From Bilabrum cf. latius (lineage: Eukaryota), in assembly GCA_965178125.1 (NCBI GenBank), contig OZ237753.1, positions 1-64,000 on the forward strand: a stretch of DNA of 64,000 bases, in the 5' to 3' direction. A program made the position numbers and the translations under genes. Numbering within the stretch: the first letter of the stretch is position 1; every line of letters begins with the position of its first letter. This document shows positions 10,833-23,828 of the stretch, one piece after another. The notes beneath the pieces are model-generated. The model was given only the letters and a program-made list of their open reading frames with translations, was not told the origin of the DNA and searched no databases.

Positions 10833-12128
10833 ATGCCAAGGCACGGAAAGAAAAGCGCGAAGAGCGCAGCTGCAAAGGAGAAAGCTGCAAGAGATGCCGA
10901 GAGGCGCGAGCGGCTACTTGCTAAGCGCAAGATTGAAGATGCTGTCAAGGAGCGCCAGGAAATGATCAAAAACGTATGCAAGACTGCTATGTACGCTGAT
11001 GATGGAAAAACTGTCAGAAATTGTCTTGAACTGGCTAGTGCGTTTGCGAACTACACGGCCGGCGTAGCTAGTGAGCCCGTGAAGTGGTCGGACCGCTCAG
11101 ACCTGCTTCCAGCGGAAGATTCAGACGACAAGAGGGTACTTGTTGATGCAGACCCAGACTCATCAGAGTCACCAGACGGTGGGAAGAAAGGGGATGCTGG
11201 AGAGAGCAAGGGTGCCGAGGAGGAGCCATCGTCTGGTGCTGGGGCGGGCGACGGTAGCTCCGAAGCATCTGTGGATCCTCTGATGTTGCGCCGCGACACG
11301 ATTGTGGAGGCAGATGGATACGCTGGCGTCGGCCCAAAGTCGGACGCTTGGATGCGGGACGAGGACGAGGACGAGTACAACTCAGCAGTGGCAGAGTCAG
11401 CCGAGCTGGAGGTGGTGCACAGGCACGGTGGCGAGGGCGAGGGTGCCGCGTCAGAGAGGGAGAGAGATTGGATGCTCTCACTCACCAAGCGCAACCTGAT
11501 GAACCTGTACATTCGCGCCCGGTGGGGATGGAGCGATGGCGAGAAGAGGGCCGAGATGACGGACCCAGACGCGCGATACCTGATCGTATACCGCAAGGGA
11601 GAGGCGGGCAAGGCGGACACCAAGAGACCTCTTGCATTCGTGCACTACCGGTTCATCGCCCAGGGGGCATTCCCGGTGCTGTACCTGTTCGAGATCCAGC
11701 TGGAGAGGAGCGCCCGCCGGCGCGGTGTGGGCAAGCACCTCATGCGCATGGTGGAAGTGATCGCAAAGCGCACCGGCATGGGCTGGGTGATGCTGACCGT
11801 ATTTAACGAAAACGTGTCTGCCAGGAAGCTGTACATGAACAAGCTCGCCTACAGGGTGGACGAGACCTCGCCGTCTCGGGTCGGTAAGCGTGGGGAGCAC
11901 TTCCAGTACGAGATCCTGAGCAAGTGCCTGCTCAAGCACATGCGGCACGTCAAGATGGGCAGGTCCATCCCGCTGCATGTTGCGACTGGTGAAGAGGAGA
12001 AGGCCCGCAAGCGCATGGCCGAAGATCTCGAGAAGGTCCGCAAGCAGCAGGAGGAGCAGGTGCTGAAGGCACTCGAGCAGCAGAAAGCAGGGGGGGCGGG
12101 CGCGGCGGGTGGAGGCAGCAGCAGCTGA
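10833..12128 (+). CDS. NAA40: N-alpha-acetyltransferase 40 (NatD, histone H4/H2A N-terminal acetyltransferase)
   Basis: WGWSDGEKRAEM, ARYLIV, AFVHYRF, VLYLFEIQLE..RRRGVGKHLM, VMLTVF..N, DETSP, YEILSK. Confidence 0.9.
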   Translation: MPRHGKKSAKSAAAKEKAARDAERRERLLAKRKIEDAVKERQEMIKNVCKTAMYADDGKTVRNCLELASAFANYTAGVASEPVKWSDRSDLLPAEDSDDKRVLVDADPDSSESPDGGKKGDAGESKGAEEEPSSGAGAGDGSSEASVDPLMLRRDTIVEADGYAGVGPKSDAWMRDEDEDEYNSAVAESAELEVVHRHGGEGEGAASERERDWMLSLTKRNLMNLYIRARWGWSDGEKRAEMTDPDARYLIVYRKGEAGKADTKRPLAFVHYRFIAQGAFPVLYLFEIQLERSARRRGVGKHLMRMVEVIAKRTGMGWVMLTVFNENVSARKLYMNKLAYRVDETSPSRVGKRGEHFQYEILSKCLLKHMRHVKMGRSIPLHVATGEEEKARKRMAEDLEKVRKQQEEQVLKALEQQKAGGAGAAGGGSSS

Positions 12129-12326
12129 GGGCAAGAAATCATGACCGCGCGGCAAACCTGCTGGCGCGCGCCATGCTTGTCTCGCAACCATCGCCACGGC
12201 GATTGGGCGAGATGCATGGGACAGTACGTGCCAACTTCAGTGACAAGCGAATAATGATTGAACTGTTGCTACACCACATCAGACTCGCTGTTGCTCTCGT
12301 GCTCGGCCGGGGCATGTTTCATGGGG

Positions 12327-13230
12327 TCACAGCTCGTCCCCCTCGTGAGCACCTAACGTTCTTTTGCCTGCCGTGCTGGATCTGTGACTGGATTTTTTGT
12401 TCTTCTATTTGCGTCTTTTGGCCCCCTTCTTCGCTTTGCGCTTTGCGGTCTTCCTCTTCTTGGCCTTTTTCTTGTTCAGCTCCCGGAGCCTCACTTTCTC
12501 CTCGGTGCGTTTCGCGCGATCAAACACTTTTAGCGTTCCATCGCGATGCATTTCCGGCGAAATACCGGCATCATCGAGCGCTCTTTTAAGGGAAGAAGAG
12601 GACAGCACGTCGCTGCCAGCTGCATCGTTCGGGCTGCCCTTGCCGGTCCTCATGGCCATCTCTGCTTCTGGTGAAATCCAGCGCACTCCACGCCCAGAGC
12701 AGAACCTAGGGCAGATCTTGCTCTCAGCCTTTGGTAGTGTCCCGGCTTTGTATATTTGCTCTTCGATGGATCCGTCGTCAACAGTCCACCCTCTACTCTT
12801 GGACGACCTGGGGACATCTTCGCCATGGCTGTCAAACACATCCAGGAATTCTGAACATGCCTTTGCCATTGTAGGAGGAATAGCACGATAAATCTCGAAA
12901 TTTTCTTGTGCGCAAATGTCAAGTACTTTGTCGTATATGTCACTTTCTTTCCGAACGCGCCTCGGTGGCAGCTGCTTGAATACCTCGATGAGTGTTGCAT
13001 GGCAACCATCGCACAGCAACTGAGGAGTAATTTCCGGTGATGCTCGAGGATCAGTACCCTGCGAACACATGCAGAGCGTCTAGATGGAGTTAACCATTGA
13101 GTTTCAATCAACCCACCTGTGGACTGCTGGGACATTGGCTCACAAATACTATATCTCCTCCATTTACTTGTCCCATAGCAAAATCAATACAGAAATGACC
13201 AATAGCAGCAATGATAGCATAACACATCAT
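12327..13230 (-). CDS. Canopy/saposin-like ER-lumenal protein
   Basis: Hydrophobic signal-like exon 1, intron ending TTCGCAG at ~13059, saposin-like Cys pattern LCDGCH...ICA...ACSEF...ICPRFC. Reading TAG 12405 as Q extends the protein to a C-terminal GDEL-TGA, resembling an ER-retention signal. Confidence 0.7.
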
Positions 13231-13407
13231 GGACCCCCCTACAAATAGATCAGATCTAGTCTGGACACGTTGCCAGTGCCAGTGGGCGCAGGGCATAGCA
13301 GTGCAGTGCAATTTTCAAAAGCACGTCGAATGAACACATTCCTTTGGCCAGAAACGGCCGACCCAGTCGAATTTCTGTGCTTGGAATGCGCTGAGTAATA
13401 TAACGGA

Positions 13408-14436
13408 ATGTTTGGCAGGCTTTGGAGGCCTTGTTTCGTGTCACTACGAACAGGGCCCAGCAGAGCGTATTCGCGATTGATTGTTGCAGTAAGAGCACGC
13501 AAGAGAGTGGTTCGCGTGCTGGATACTCGAATAAACATCAATTCAGCAATCAGCGAAAGTGAGGACGATGTGGCAATTGTAACAGTAGATCCTGTCACTG
13601 GCACGTAGTAGGTCCGTCTTGGTGGAGGCTTGGCGCACGGAGAAGTAGAAGGAATGTTTCGCGCAGCTACAAGCAAACACATTTCACCGGTACTGCGTCA
13701 ATCGCTGACCCAGCAAGATCATGACATGTGGAAGCACGGTTTGGCTGACGCTCTTAGGCACTTCGTTCGGGCGGTGTCGGTGCAGCCTACGCTGATCGGA
13801 AGCGAAGTAGCGGCGACGCAGGCACGCCATGCTGTCCCATCAAGAGCGACGGATAGTATATAGTCAGCCCCAGCTGTGATCAAGGCCCTGTCCGGGGCGC
13901 CCCAGCCACCGGTTGCAACGCTCCTGTCCCTCTCAACTCTCGCCAAGACCACTGATGATGCGGTGGCTACCACCATTCTAGGCGATATCTAGCAATGGAA
14001 CAAGTTTCGTGAGAGGCCATGGTGGGTTTCCGGCCCGCTGGCTCTATGGGTACTGCTAGGATTCCTGGGTGTGTGGCTGTTTGCAGACATGTTTGAGCGA
14101 ATCGGCAAGCTCCAACGAAGCTCGGCAAGTGCTGATGTGCAACGGGTTAGGAACTACAACGATGCAATAGTTGCGGCCGTCATAAGACATTCGGCTGGGC
14201 ACTCGGCAGCCGTAGGTAGTACGTTGGCTCATGCTGGCCTCGTGGAGGGGTGGAATCCCCGCGCTGCTGGCCTGAGCGCGTCTCGTATCCCAGACATGGA
14301 CGAGAATCGCGTGCAGTAGCTGTTTCGGGCCGAGGCGGCGCTTGGGGAGGGACAGTTGGTGGAGCGCCATGGACGGTACGCTGAGGAATAGGTGGCCACC
14401 AGCACGGGCAGGGCTCAGGCCGGTGTGATGGATTGA
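13408..14436 (+). CDS. Hypothetical protein, probable mitochondrial presequence and one TM segment
   Basis: Single ~342-aa frame interrupted only by TAGs (including tandem TAGTAG at 13606-13611). Arg-rich N-terminus; hydrophobic GPLALWVLLGFLGVWLF. Ends TGA. Confidence 0.6.
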
Positions 14437-14645
14437 AGCTATCAGGTGCACGCTAAAAGAGCGGGTTGAGGTGGACACTGTCTAATTTACAGGTTATCAC
14501 GCGGTTACTGTCAATCTCGCAAATCCGCCTTGCCGCGACAAAAGTACCCATTCTTCATCTGAGGCCACTCGAACTGCCAGCCAGGTACTTGCCACCCAAC
14601 TCCCCACCGCTAATTGTGTGTCCCGTGCGGGGTGGGTCGTCATTG

Positions 14646-17600
14646 TCACCCGGTGGTCGAAGCAACAGAATTTCCGAGCTAAATTGCGTCGTTAGCTGCA
14701 AGATTAAGTCCAAATAAAGCCGCGCTGATTACGATGATCTCACCGGAGCGAACAGGAAGGCAATCACTTGGGCTTGCTGAGCCGCTTGTGTGGGTCGGGC
14801 GGCCGGATTGCTCCCGATCCCTTACCATAGGAAGGAGCACGTTACAAATGAAGCTATCAAGCACAGCCTTGAACTCTACCATCGACCGTAAGCACGCATC
14901 GATCGCTGCGATGAGACGGGTATCTTCGTCGCTCTGTTCCCGTTGGCGCAGCACTGCGAGAGGCTGCCGCCAAAGACAGTCTCCTGCCGCGCAGCACTCA
15001 AGCTGCCTTCTTGTGCGAAGTGAAAGAACACGGCTGATACAATGCAACAGCTCGGCAGTGCTCTGTCCCATGTGCTGCACCCATGGCACGACAGGGAGGA
15101 GTCGGGAGGGCGCCATACCACTGTGGTTCCGCGCGGCCTATAGGACGGCAAGAAAGCGAGCACCCTGTCTCAGGAGCCGGATGGAGACGCTGATACGGCT
15201 ACAAGCCGCAATAACAGCGGAATGAAGCCTCGTGTAGCTGTCGTCTGGGTTTCTGAAGGGCTCCTGTTGGGCAAGAGAAACATTACGTCCAGCCATTGCA
15301 AGAAGGCCATCTCGCTCTCGGCCGGTATCACGTAATTCTGATCGAAAATCTGTTCGATTCTAGGCTTCCAACACATGCGTATTGCAAAATCGGACGTTTC
15401 CCAGACGCAGGTACAGGTCTATTGTGCGCCGCATGCGCATGGCAGTGCCAGCTGAGAGCGCTGGAGAGGCGTGGCTTGCACTTTGCACGATGCTACCAGC
15501 ACTAGTCGTCGCCGTGTGGTGGCTCTGACCATCTACCGCGGACGATAGATTCCCATCGATCACACTGACCGGTATCTCGGTCTTGCAGTAGTCCCTAAAC
15601 CCGTCGCACAGTTGTGCAGTCGCCGCTCTTAGGCCGGTCTCAATCATGCTGAGTGCGGCGCTGGTCTGAGTTGCTGCCTGCTCGAGCGGTCGCTACGGAA
15701 ACACGACATTGGATACCAGCAAAAAGACTGCGATTGCAAATACTGTCACTTCAATGCGCGCAAGAGCCACAGAGTGCGGTGCCACACCGGGTGGCCGGTC
15801 CCCAAGCACGATGATCCCGGCGGTGAAAGCGCTCACCAGGCCGGCATACCCGTACCGTCGTGATGGCCGCACGCAAACACTCAGCGCGCACCAAAAGCAC
15901 AGCAGTGCCGCCTAAACAATAATGACATTCTCAGCAACTGACACAATGAAGTAACCGGCAATGCTGCCAAGGGCAGTTCCGACGAACCGGAGGAGGGATT
16001 GCTAAAATGATGACGCTGAATTCGTGCCGACAATAAATCCGACAGTTATCGGTGCCCAGTATCCGAATGGCCTGGAAAATGCGGGAATTATGACGATTGT
16101 CGATGCCAGCACTACAGCTATCCCCACTTTGATGGCTCTACGCAGCCTAGGCCAATAGGACGTCCATTCGACCGCCGACATAGTGGCCCATGCCGATAAA
16201 AGGCAGGCCATTGATGCACAGCATGGTAATGAGTTGTGCTTGTCATGGCGTGACAAGCCATCCGCAGGTTCTAGCCGACTATTACCCGCTGGTGCTGGTG
16301 GTGGTGCTGGTGGTGGTGCTGATTGGTGTGTCGTCCCGACTGCGACCGCACGTGCAGGCCGATGTTCACCACCAAGCCCACTCGTGTCTTCGACTGCATC
16401 CCCAGGCGATATTGCTGGCCTCGTGTGGCCGCTCTCAAACATTCTTGGCTTGAAGCTGGGCGAATGGGGAACTGGGATCCCCGTCCCGCTGTCGATCCCA
16501 TCGAGCCGCTAGCTGTTCTGCTGCTGCATATCCTGGGCCGAGGAAGCGAGGCCAGGGAGCGACTCGCAGACTTGGGCAAATCTGATGACAAGAAATACGA
16601 CGGTGTACAGAGGCATCATAGAATCGAAGCTTGAAGTGCCACTCAGTCTCGCAGCATCCACTGCTGGGCTGTGAGCCGATGGACAGCGTCCAGCAGTCCG
16701 ATCATCATTGCATACGCCACCATCTGAGTGCAATTTGCATCCCGATTGGTCTTGGTCACCGTCAGCATTACCGCTCGCCTCTGCATCAGACTGAATACCG
16801 AGCGTTGGCATTTCTGCTGCAATCTATAGCAAATGGTGGTTGCGAGCAGCCCCAAACGCTCGCAGCAGCCGTGTCTGCGCAGCAGAGAGGTCACGTATGC
16901 CAGCTTGGACTGACGTCATGTCGCTCACTCTTGTATCCGCACAGCACGGTGCGCAGCAAACTATACATTGAACCCATCGCATCCAACATGTCAAGGGGTT
17001 GGTGGAGTGCTCGCTTGATAATTGCCGGAGCGCTATGGCTTGCAGGCTGCCGGCTAGCTCTACTACCTGTAACATGGCATCTTGTAAGGATTTGCCAAAC
17101 ATGTGGTGCGTATCGCTCCGGCCAAAGGCTTTCTCAGCAGCCGAGGCCAGCCCAGCAATTCTGGCTAGGCGGGTAGTGGCATCCACATGGGATTGCAGCG
17201 CCGGCCCGAAATCGGGTGGGCCCGAGCACACCCCGCAGCAATGGAACATGTCCCCAAAACAGCAACAGATCTGATCACAGCAACACTGACAGCTCTTCTG
17301 GACGCACCCGCACAACCAGAGGCACCCGACAGCGGCAAGCAGCCGATGCTCTGCCAGCACGGGACCCTGGAGCTCGAATGCCTCGCCTGCCGCACTCAAT
17401 GCCTAGTGGCAAAGCATGTCGGCCTAGTACCGTGATGGCGGGTGGAATTCCATGTGTTGCGCAAGCTGCTGTATTCCAGCCTTCACAGACTAGACGAGAG
17501 GCTCCAACTCGTCAGCCCGCGGGTTCGAGGATGAACCCTGTTGATGGTCAGGCAGACAACCAGAAGGGCCTTGGCCAGAGCTATCAATCTATCCCAGCTC

Positions 17601-18263
17601 TACATCAACGCTCCCATTGCTTGCGTGCCTCTATGCTCTAGTCGATACATCGAGCTATTGTCCACGCGCTTTAACACGGCCGCCTCGATTCCACGGTTGG
17701 CCGTGAGTCGCAAGGGCACGCACAGTGCACGTAAGCGAGCGGACTGACTTATCGCAAGATGTTCGAAGGCTTTCGGTGAGCACATGCTGAGATGGTGTCT
17801 TCCCAGGAAGCATCGCGAGAGTGCCCATGCAGCCGCCAAGCATGGTTGATCCAACGACTTGCACCACAAGACCAAGTAAGTCGTCGTCCTGAGAGCTTGG
17901 AGTCAATAAGACTATTGCAAGCACCGCAATACCAATCTTGTTGGCGAGGTCATTAGTGACGAAAAATACGAGTAAGACAACCAACAGCAGCAAGCCGATT
18001 GCTCGTGATACCTCCGAGAGACCAAAGACAGCCCCCCACGCCGCTGCTGAGAGACCCGCTACAAGTGAACTTGCAGGAACGACTGTGAGAACAACCAAAG
18101 ACTGCCCCAGCGTTGGCGAAATAGACACAAGCGCCACAACAGGAATCAGCAATCGAGGTGCGATAAGATCTCTGGTCCAAAATGAGATGCACCATGCGGA
18201 ACCAAGACTGACAGCAAGTAAAGACCTAATAGATATCTCAAATCCACCGCTAAGTAGTGGCAT
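14646..18263 (-). CDS. Large ALMT/FUSC (aromatic acid exporter family)-like membrane transporter
   Basis: ~1200-codon frame broken only by TAGs. Two TM clusters; FUSC_2-like AIKVGIAVVLA...GYWAPITVGFIV...LLRFVGTALG...YGYAGLVSAFT...ALARIEVTVFAI...VVFP. Ends TGA. Confidence 0.8.
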
Positions 18264-18394
18264 GGTTCGTGACAAAGCCCTGTTTTGACCGCACCGCGAA
18301 GTGTCTCCGGCGAAACCGGAAGAGCGAATATCCGGCGCCGCCGGCGGCACTGGGCACAGCAGAAAGAATCACTCTCTCCGTGGATCGAGCAGCA

Positions 18395-21122
18395 ATGGCA
18401 CGCACTACCGATTGCGTTTTGCTAAGTCTGCTTGTTTCATGTTCAATGGCATCCGTGGATGTTGATATCGTTCGAAACAATCTGATTGGGGCAATGCTTG
18501 ATGTGCCCAAAGATGAAATCGACCACCTTGACAAGGACGTGAACAGTTTCCTCTCGCTGCAGCTGCCGAATGGATCCTGGCCGGATATTAACTATGATGA
18601 TCCCGATGGACGTTCGTGGTGGCAGGCCGGCGAGCACCTCCGGCGTACGGTCCTGATCGCAACCGCTTGGCGATCCAACAGTAGCAGTGTTCACGGGAAT
18701 CAGGCTGCTTGTGCTTCGGCAAAACTTGCTATACGAATGTGGTGCAATGCAAGACCCCCGCAAACAAACTGGTGGTGGTATCAGCTTGGCGAGCCCCGCA
18801 GCCTTGGGAAGGCAATTCTGTTGTTGGACCTCCCGGCGGAGTCCCCCGAATTCCAAGGCGCTCTGTACTACTTCGAGAAGACCACCTTACCGATCGCAGC
18901 AGTGAGATTCAACTCAACGCACCGCACCTGCTCCTATACCCCGCACAGCTGCATCTCCTCGCACTTGAGCCTTGGCCCCCACGACTTGTACGCAGGGCTT
19001 CACCGGCTGCAACAGGGTGTGGGCAGCATCCGTGAACATTATCAGAGCTGCGATAGAGAGGAACTCTACTCGGATGGCGGCGTCGTACAAGCTGGCGTAC
19101 AGCACGATTGCACATGCATCTCAGGGCAGTGACGGCATCCAGGACGACTGGTCCTTCAGTCAGCACAGCACGCACGGCATGGGTCAGCTGTACTCGGGGT
19201 GGGGATATGGGGGTATATTCAGCTCGAATGTGCTGGCTGTGTCCTCCTACGCCAGCGGGACGTCATTTTCCATGCCGGATGACCTATTTGAGCTCTTTGC
19301 GTCCTTCGTGCTGGAGGGGCAGGGCCGCATCGCGCACGGGCCGAACTGGGACTTTGCGGCCTCTGGCAGGCTGTTCACGTACTTTGTGCGCCGAGACAAC
19401 AACTCGATGAACATGGGTCACTACCACGGATTCGCCGCGTTCACTCCCTTCAGGCTGGCCTACCCGAGCTTCGCGGCCCCCTTCCGCACCTACCTCGGGG
19501 TCTACTTCCATGACCTCCTGCTTGACCCGGCCCTGGCCAGTCGACCCAGGGGGCTGGAGCTCATTGCACTGGGAAAACGCCTGGCATCAGATGCACCCCC
19601 ATCGACTGACGTTCCTGACGACGACTGGCACTATTGGGACGCGGACTATCACGTGTACAGCGGACAGGCCGGGAGGCTGGCAGGCGGGGAGCGCGGGGAG
19701 GGAGCAGCTCCGAGCTACATGGCTGCGGTGCGGACATTTTCGAACCGGACACTGAATACTGAATGCGTCAACGATGAAAATCAACGCGGTAGAGACCTCG
19801 CTGACGGCGTGACGGTGGTGCACCAGACGGGCCGCGAATACGAGGGCGTGTACCCGGTGTGGAACTGGCATCTCATCCCAGGCACAATCGAGCACCAGGG
19901 GGGAGATGGATACGAGTGCAGCTCACTTCGCAAAGTAGACCATATGCCGTTCGTGGGTGGGGCCAGCCTGGGCAACGCGGGTGCGAGTTACATGCATTTT
20001 CGCCGCAGCGAGCACAACGGGGGCCCCGATCACGCATTTGTGGAGGCAGGGCGGCTGTGGCTGTTCGCAGGAGAGGCTATGGTTCAGCTGGTGGGTGGGC
20101 TGCGCTCGAATAGCACTCGCTGGGACGTGAGCCATTCCCTGGAGCAGAGCAACCTTGAGGAGGGCCTGCTACCGGGGCAGGACGGGTCCTTCAGTCTGGA
20201 CGGGGTGGGTTTAGTACCACCCACGTTGCAGCGCAATGCAAGCTCGCCTCTGGCTCGGTTTGTGTGGCACGGGGCCAAGGCCGTGTTCCTGCGAGACCTG
20301 TCAGCTCCTGGAGGCAGCGATGTCGCTAGTCTAAGCTCTGCCCCAGGCCTGCCGGTGTGGGCGTCCAACCTCCTGCAGAACGGGTCGCTAGCATACATCA
20401 CGCAGGGCCCCCCTACCCCTATCTCCAAGCGCGTGTTCGCCTCTGCAGTAGCCTTTGGTCGGCTGGATGGGCAGCTGGCTCGCCCTAGGGGGTATGCCGT
20501 GGTGTCGGTGCCTGGCGTGCCCGATCCGTCGGTGCTGCAGTCGCTTGATGCCCGGGTGGACCGGTCGCTGGTTGTCATGGACAATGATCCCGCGGTGGAC
20601 TTTGCCCCTGCAGACACGGGTGCCAGCGGGGTCCAGTCTGCCTGCTGGGTGAGGGCCACTCCTGCCGACGGGCTGCTCGCAGTCATGGCCGCCTCGGTGT
20701 GGCCGCAGGGGGAGACGTTCGGGCCTCCTGGGTACATCAACAGGACCGTGCATGGAAGCAGATGTGTCCAGCAGTCTGATAAAGGTGCAACCCCTTTGTT
20801 TCCGGACATGCAAGCCGACACAGAGGGCATGCTTGTAGCGAGCAGATTCGCAAATGGGACGATGCGGCTGGCACTGTCCAACTCGCAGCAGGAGCTCAGG
20901 CCCCGCGTCATGCGCCTGACCCTCCTTGATTTCGATGGGAGCTGCACGTAGGTCAACGGCACGGCAGGGCATGCACGCGCCCTGCAGGCGCTGCCCTAGT
21001 CTGCGGCGCTGGAAGACGTGGCAGGGCCTGTGAACGCCAATGAGGTTACAATCGAGGTGGGCTTCCCTGACGAGCGAAGCAAGGGAGGAGCCACAGTTTC
21101 AGTGGTTTGCCTGCCCAGGTGA
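18395..21122 (+). CDS. Secreted polysaccharide lyase family 8 (chondroitin AC/hyaluronate/xanthan lyase-like)
   Basis: Signal peptide; GSWPDINY, NWWWYQLGEP, TGCNRVW, DGIQDDWSFSQH..QLYSGWGYG, ECVNDEN, GREYEGVYPVWNWHLIPG, FVGG. Intron 18902-18995; TAGs at 20949 and 20997. Ends TGA. Confidence 0.88.
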
Positions 21123-21360
21123 TTTGGTATGCCGCACAAGCTAGTGCCTGTTGGGGAGACCGCGTTGACTAAGCCGGAACTTCTTGAAGAAACGTAACGA
21201 AGCTTCCGGGCCACAGATCCCGCCAGTTCCAGGTCGTTTTGAGCGCTTTGCATTGAGCTTGCAATATTTGCCTCTCCTTACACGCATACAAGTTTTGGTT
21301 TGGCCTGCGCCTGTTGATCAAAGCCAGCAGGCATGTGCTAGTGGTGCCCGATTCTTGTAG

Positions 21361-23015
21361 ATGAAGGCTTAGTGCCACACAGGAAAGAGACCGCGGTGGT
21401 GGCGAAAGTTTTCGTGCTTAGCGCTGTAGTGCTCGTACTCGTTGCTGTGCCGCTCCTTTGCTACGGCCTGTACATGTACCACAGCGAGCGGCACACTGTT
21501 GCTTGGTACGTCGGTGGCCTATCCCTCGCCGTGACTGTGCCACTCACCATATATGACATATCTATGCACGTCCTGTTTTATGTCCGACCTGAGCTTTAGG
21601 CGTACTATATTCGGATCCTCTGGCTAGTTGTAATCTACGCCGTTGAGAGCTGGCTGGCACTGCGGATTAAGACCACAGCAATTTACTTTGAAACCGCGAG
21701 AGAGGCATATGAAGCATACTGCCTCTACTGCTTCTTTCAAATGCTTCTCAGTTATATAGCCGGCAGAGCTTCCGTGGTGAATGAGAACCAGGCGCTGCTC
21801 GACGATGACGTGAAGGCCAGTTCGCAGTTGATGTCTGCTGAACAGCTTGCGAGCAACTTTGGGGATTCGAAGGGGATCACAGGCAGGGAAGCCAATCCAC
21901 AGGACGGGGGTGCCCCCGCACCCGCTCCACCGCGGCCACTGCCCTTGCCGCGAGCCAGAGCCCGCGCTGCCTCGAGGGCTCGACTGGTGCTTCAGAACGA
22001 GACCCTGGCTGCCTCTGTGATCCGACAGGCTTGCGAACACGACTAGGCACACTTGCTTCCACCTCTGTGCTGCTGCTCGGGGTGTGAGAACGGTTCTAGC
22101 CTGCTTCGCTGGTCCCGCTGGGGGGTGATGCAGTACGTTGTGATAAAGCTGGTTTGCGCGCTTGTTACCTTCACAACAGTACTGCTGGGCGTCTACGGGG
22201 AAGGCGAGTGGCTCGCCTTCGATCGAGCCTACATCTACGTGTCATTTTCCGTGTTCACGTCGTAGTTCATCGCCGTGTACATGCTCGTGCTGTTCTACCA
22301 CGAGGTCATGGGAGCTCTCACCGGGCTGGGGGGCTCTGCCAAGCTGCTCCTGATCAAAGGTCTCGTGTTCGCAACCTGGTGGCAGGGGCTCGTGGTGAGC
22401 GGGATGGCCACTCTCGGATGGATTCAAGCGACCAAGACGTACACTGTGGCGGAGATTTCGTCAGGTCTTCAAGACTTTCTTATCGTTATTGAGATGATGC
22501 TATTTGCAGTTGCATTTCACTTCCACTTTGGCTTCACGGACGCGCTGCCCCCGAGGCTAAGGCACAAGGCGAGGGAAACCCAGCTATGCAGCTGCATCGC
22601 ACAGTGCTGCTTCAAGTGCTGCCCGCAGGAAGAGAGCTGCAGCGGGCTGGCTGGGCAGCTGGGGTGCGCTCCCGAGGAGCCAAGCCTGGACCCAGAAGAG
22701 GCCGAGTTCAGCAGCTTGCGCGCTGAGCGCGACGCTGTCGACTACATTTTGCGCGGAGGCGAGGAGTCTACGGCTGTCCGTGCGCTGGCGGACATGGTTC
22801 CAGCTGATGTTTTTGGCAATGCGGGGGGTTATCTCGCAGCCCCAGTGTAGATGTGGCCATCGGGCGCTACGAGGTCAGAAGCCTAGTAGCCTGAACAGGC
22901 CACGAGCGAGTCGACCACTAGGTCTGAGCGGCTGGGCTCCGGGCGAGGCCGAGGAGTATCACTGACCCCTTCGGCAGCCGCACCTAGCAGCCAGGATGAT
23001 GAAGCAGACGTGTAA
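21361..23015 (+). CDS. TMEM184: TMEM184/OST-alpha family transporter (5' end uncertain, probably an upstream exon)
   Basis: PEL[Q]AYYIRILW, YFETAREAYEAYCLYCFF, PPLCC, GVMQYVVIK, S[Q]FIAVYMLVLFY, IKGLVFATWWQG, LQDFLIVIEMMLFAVA. Ends TAA. Confidence 0.88.
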
Positions 23016-23034
23016 TCGAAGTAGAATCTAGTAG

Positions 23035-23502
23035 TTAGTCGTCGAAGCGGCCTTGTCGGCTCGCTTTTGTTTTGCTCCGGTGCCGCTTGAACTTCTTTCT
23101 CTTTTCCTTCGTCTGTTCTCCGATTCCCTCCCACTATGACCTGTCCTTCGGTTTCGTTGATGCCTTTTCAATGATCTCGTGCAGTTTTCGCATGGCATCC
23201 TCCCGATTCCTCTGCTGAGTGCGGTGCCTCTGGCTTGTCACTAGCAGCGTTCCATCCTTTGCCAGGTACCCCGGGTATAATCGCTTCAAACGCCGCTTTG
23301 CGTCATCGGGGAGCCAGGATGCTTTTTCCGTGTTTACTCGGAGCTCAACTTTAGTTTCAACTTTGTTGACATTCTGGCCTCCAGATCCGCTAGATCTTGC
23401 GAACGACACTGCAATCTCATGGGGTGGGATAGAAATAAACCTCGACACTAAGAGTTTGCGCGAAACAAGTCGAGATAAGCGGGCCTGACCAAAGCGCAGC
23501 AT
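23035..23502 (-). CDS. ICT1: Mitochondrial peptidyl-tRNA hydrolase ICT1/mL62 (ArfB-like)
   Basis: Presequence, SFARSSGSGGQNVNKVETKVELR (GGQ motif), SQRHRTQQRNREDA. The basic C-tail KEKRKKFKRHRSKTKASR lies after TAG 23134. Ends TAA. Confidence 0.9.
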
Positions 23503-23828
23503 AGCATAAATGATAGATCTAGACGCGATCTCCCGTGATGAAAGTTTGCAGTGCAGTGGTGTCGACGTGGTCTAGACATACACACAGATGCCGTGCATGA
23601 CTTAAAATAAACAAATGCAAATACATGCGCCCTCTTGGAAGGCACAATACCCACTCAGCGGATGTCTAGCTTACCCCTTCCATACCATTGGCATCGCAGC
23701 ACCTGCCAGGCCTAGCAGTAGGTCCCCGTCTCCTGGCCTGTCGCACAGTGTAAATCACCGCTGGGTCAACCGAGTAACCCAGCCGTACACTCTCGGGCTC
23801 TCTGCAACTTGGAGCGGCACACTGGCAC

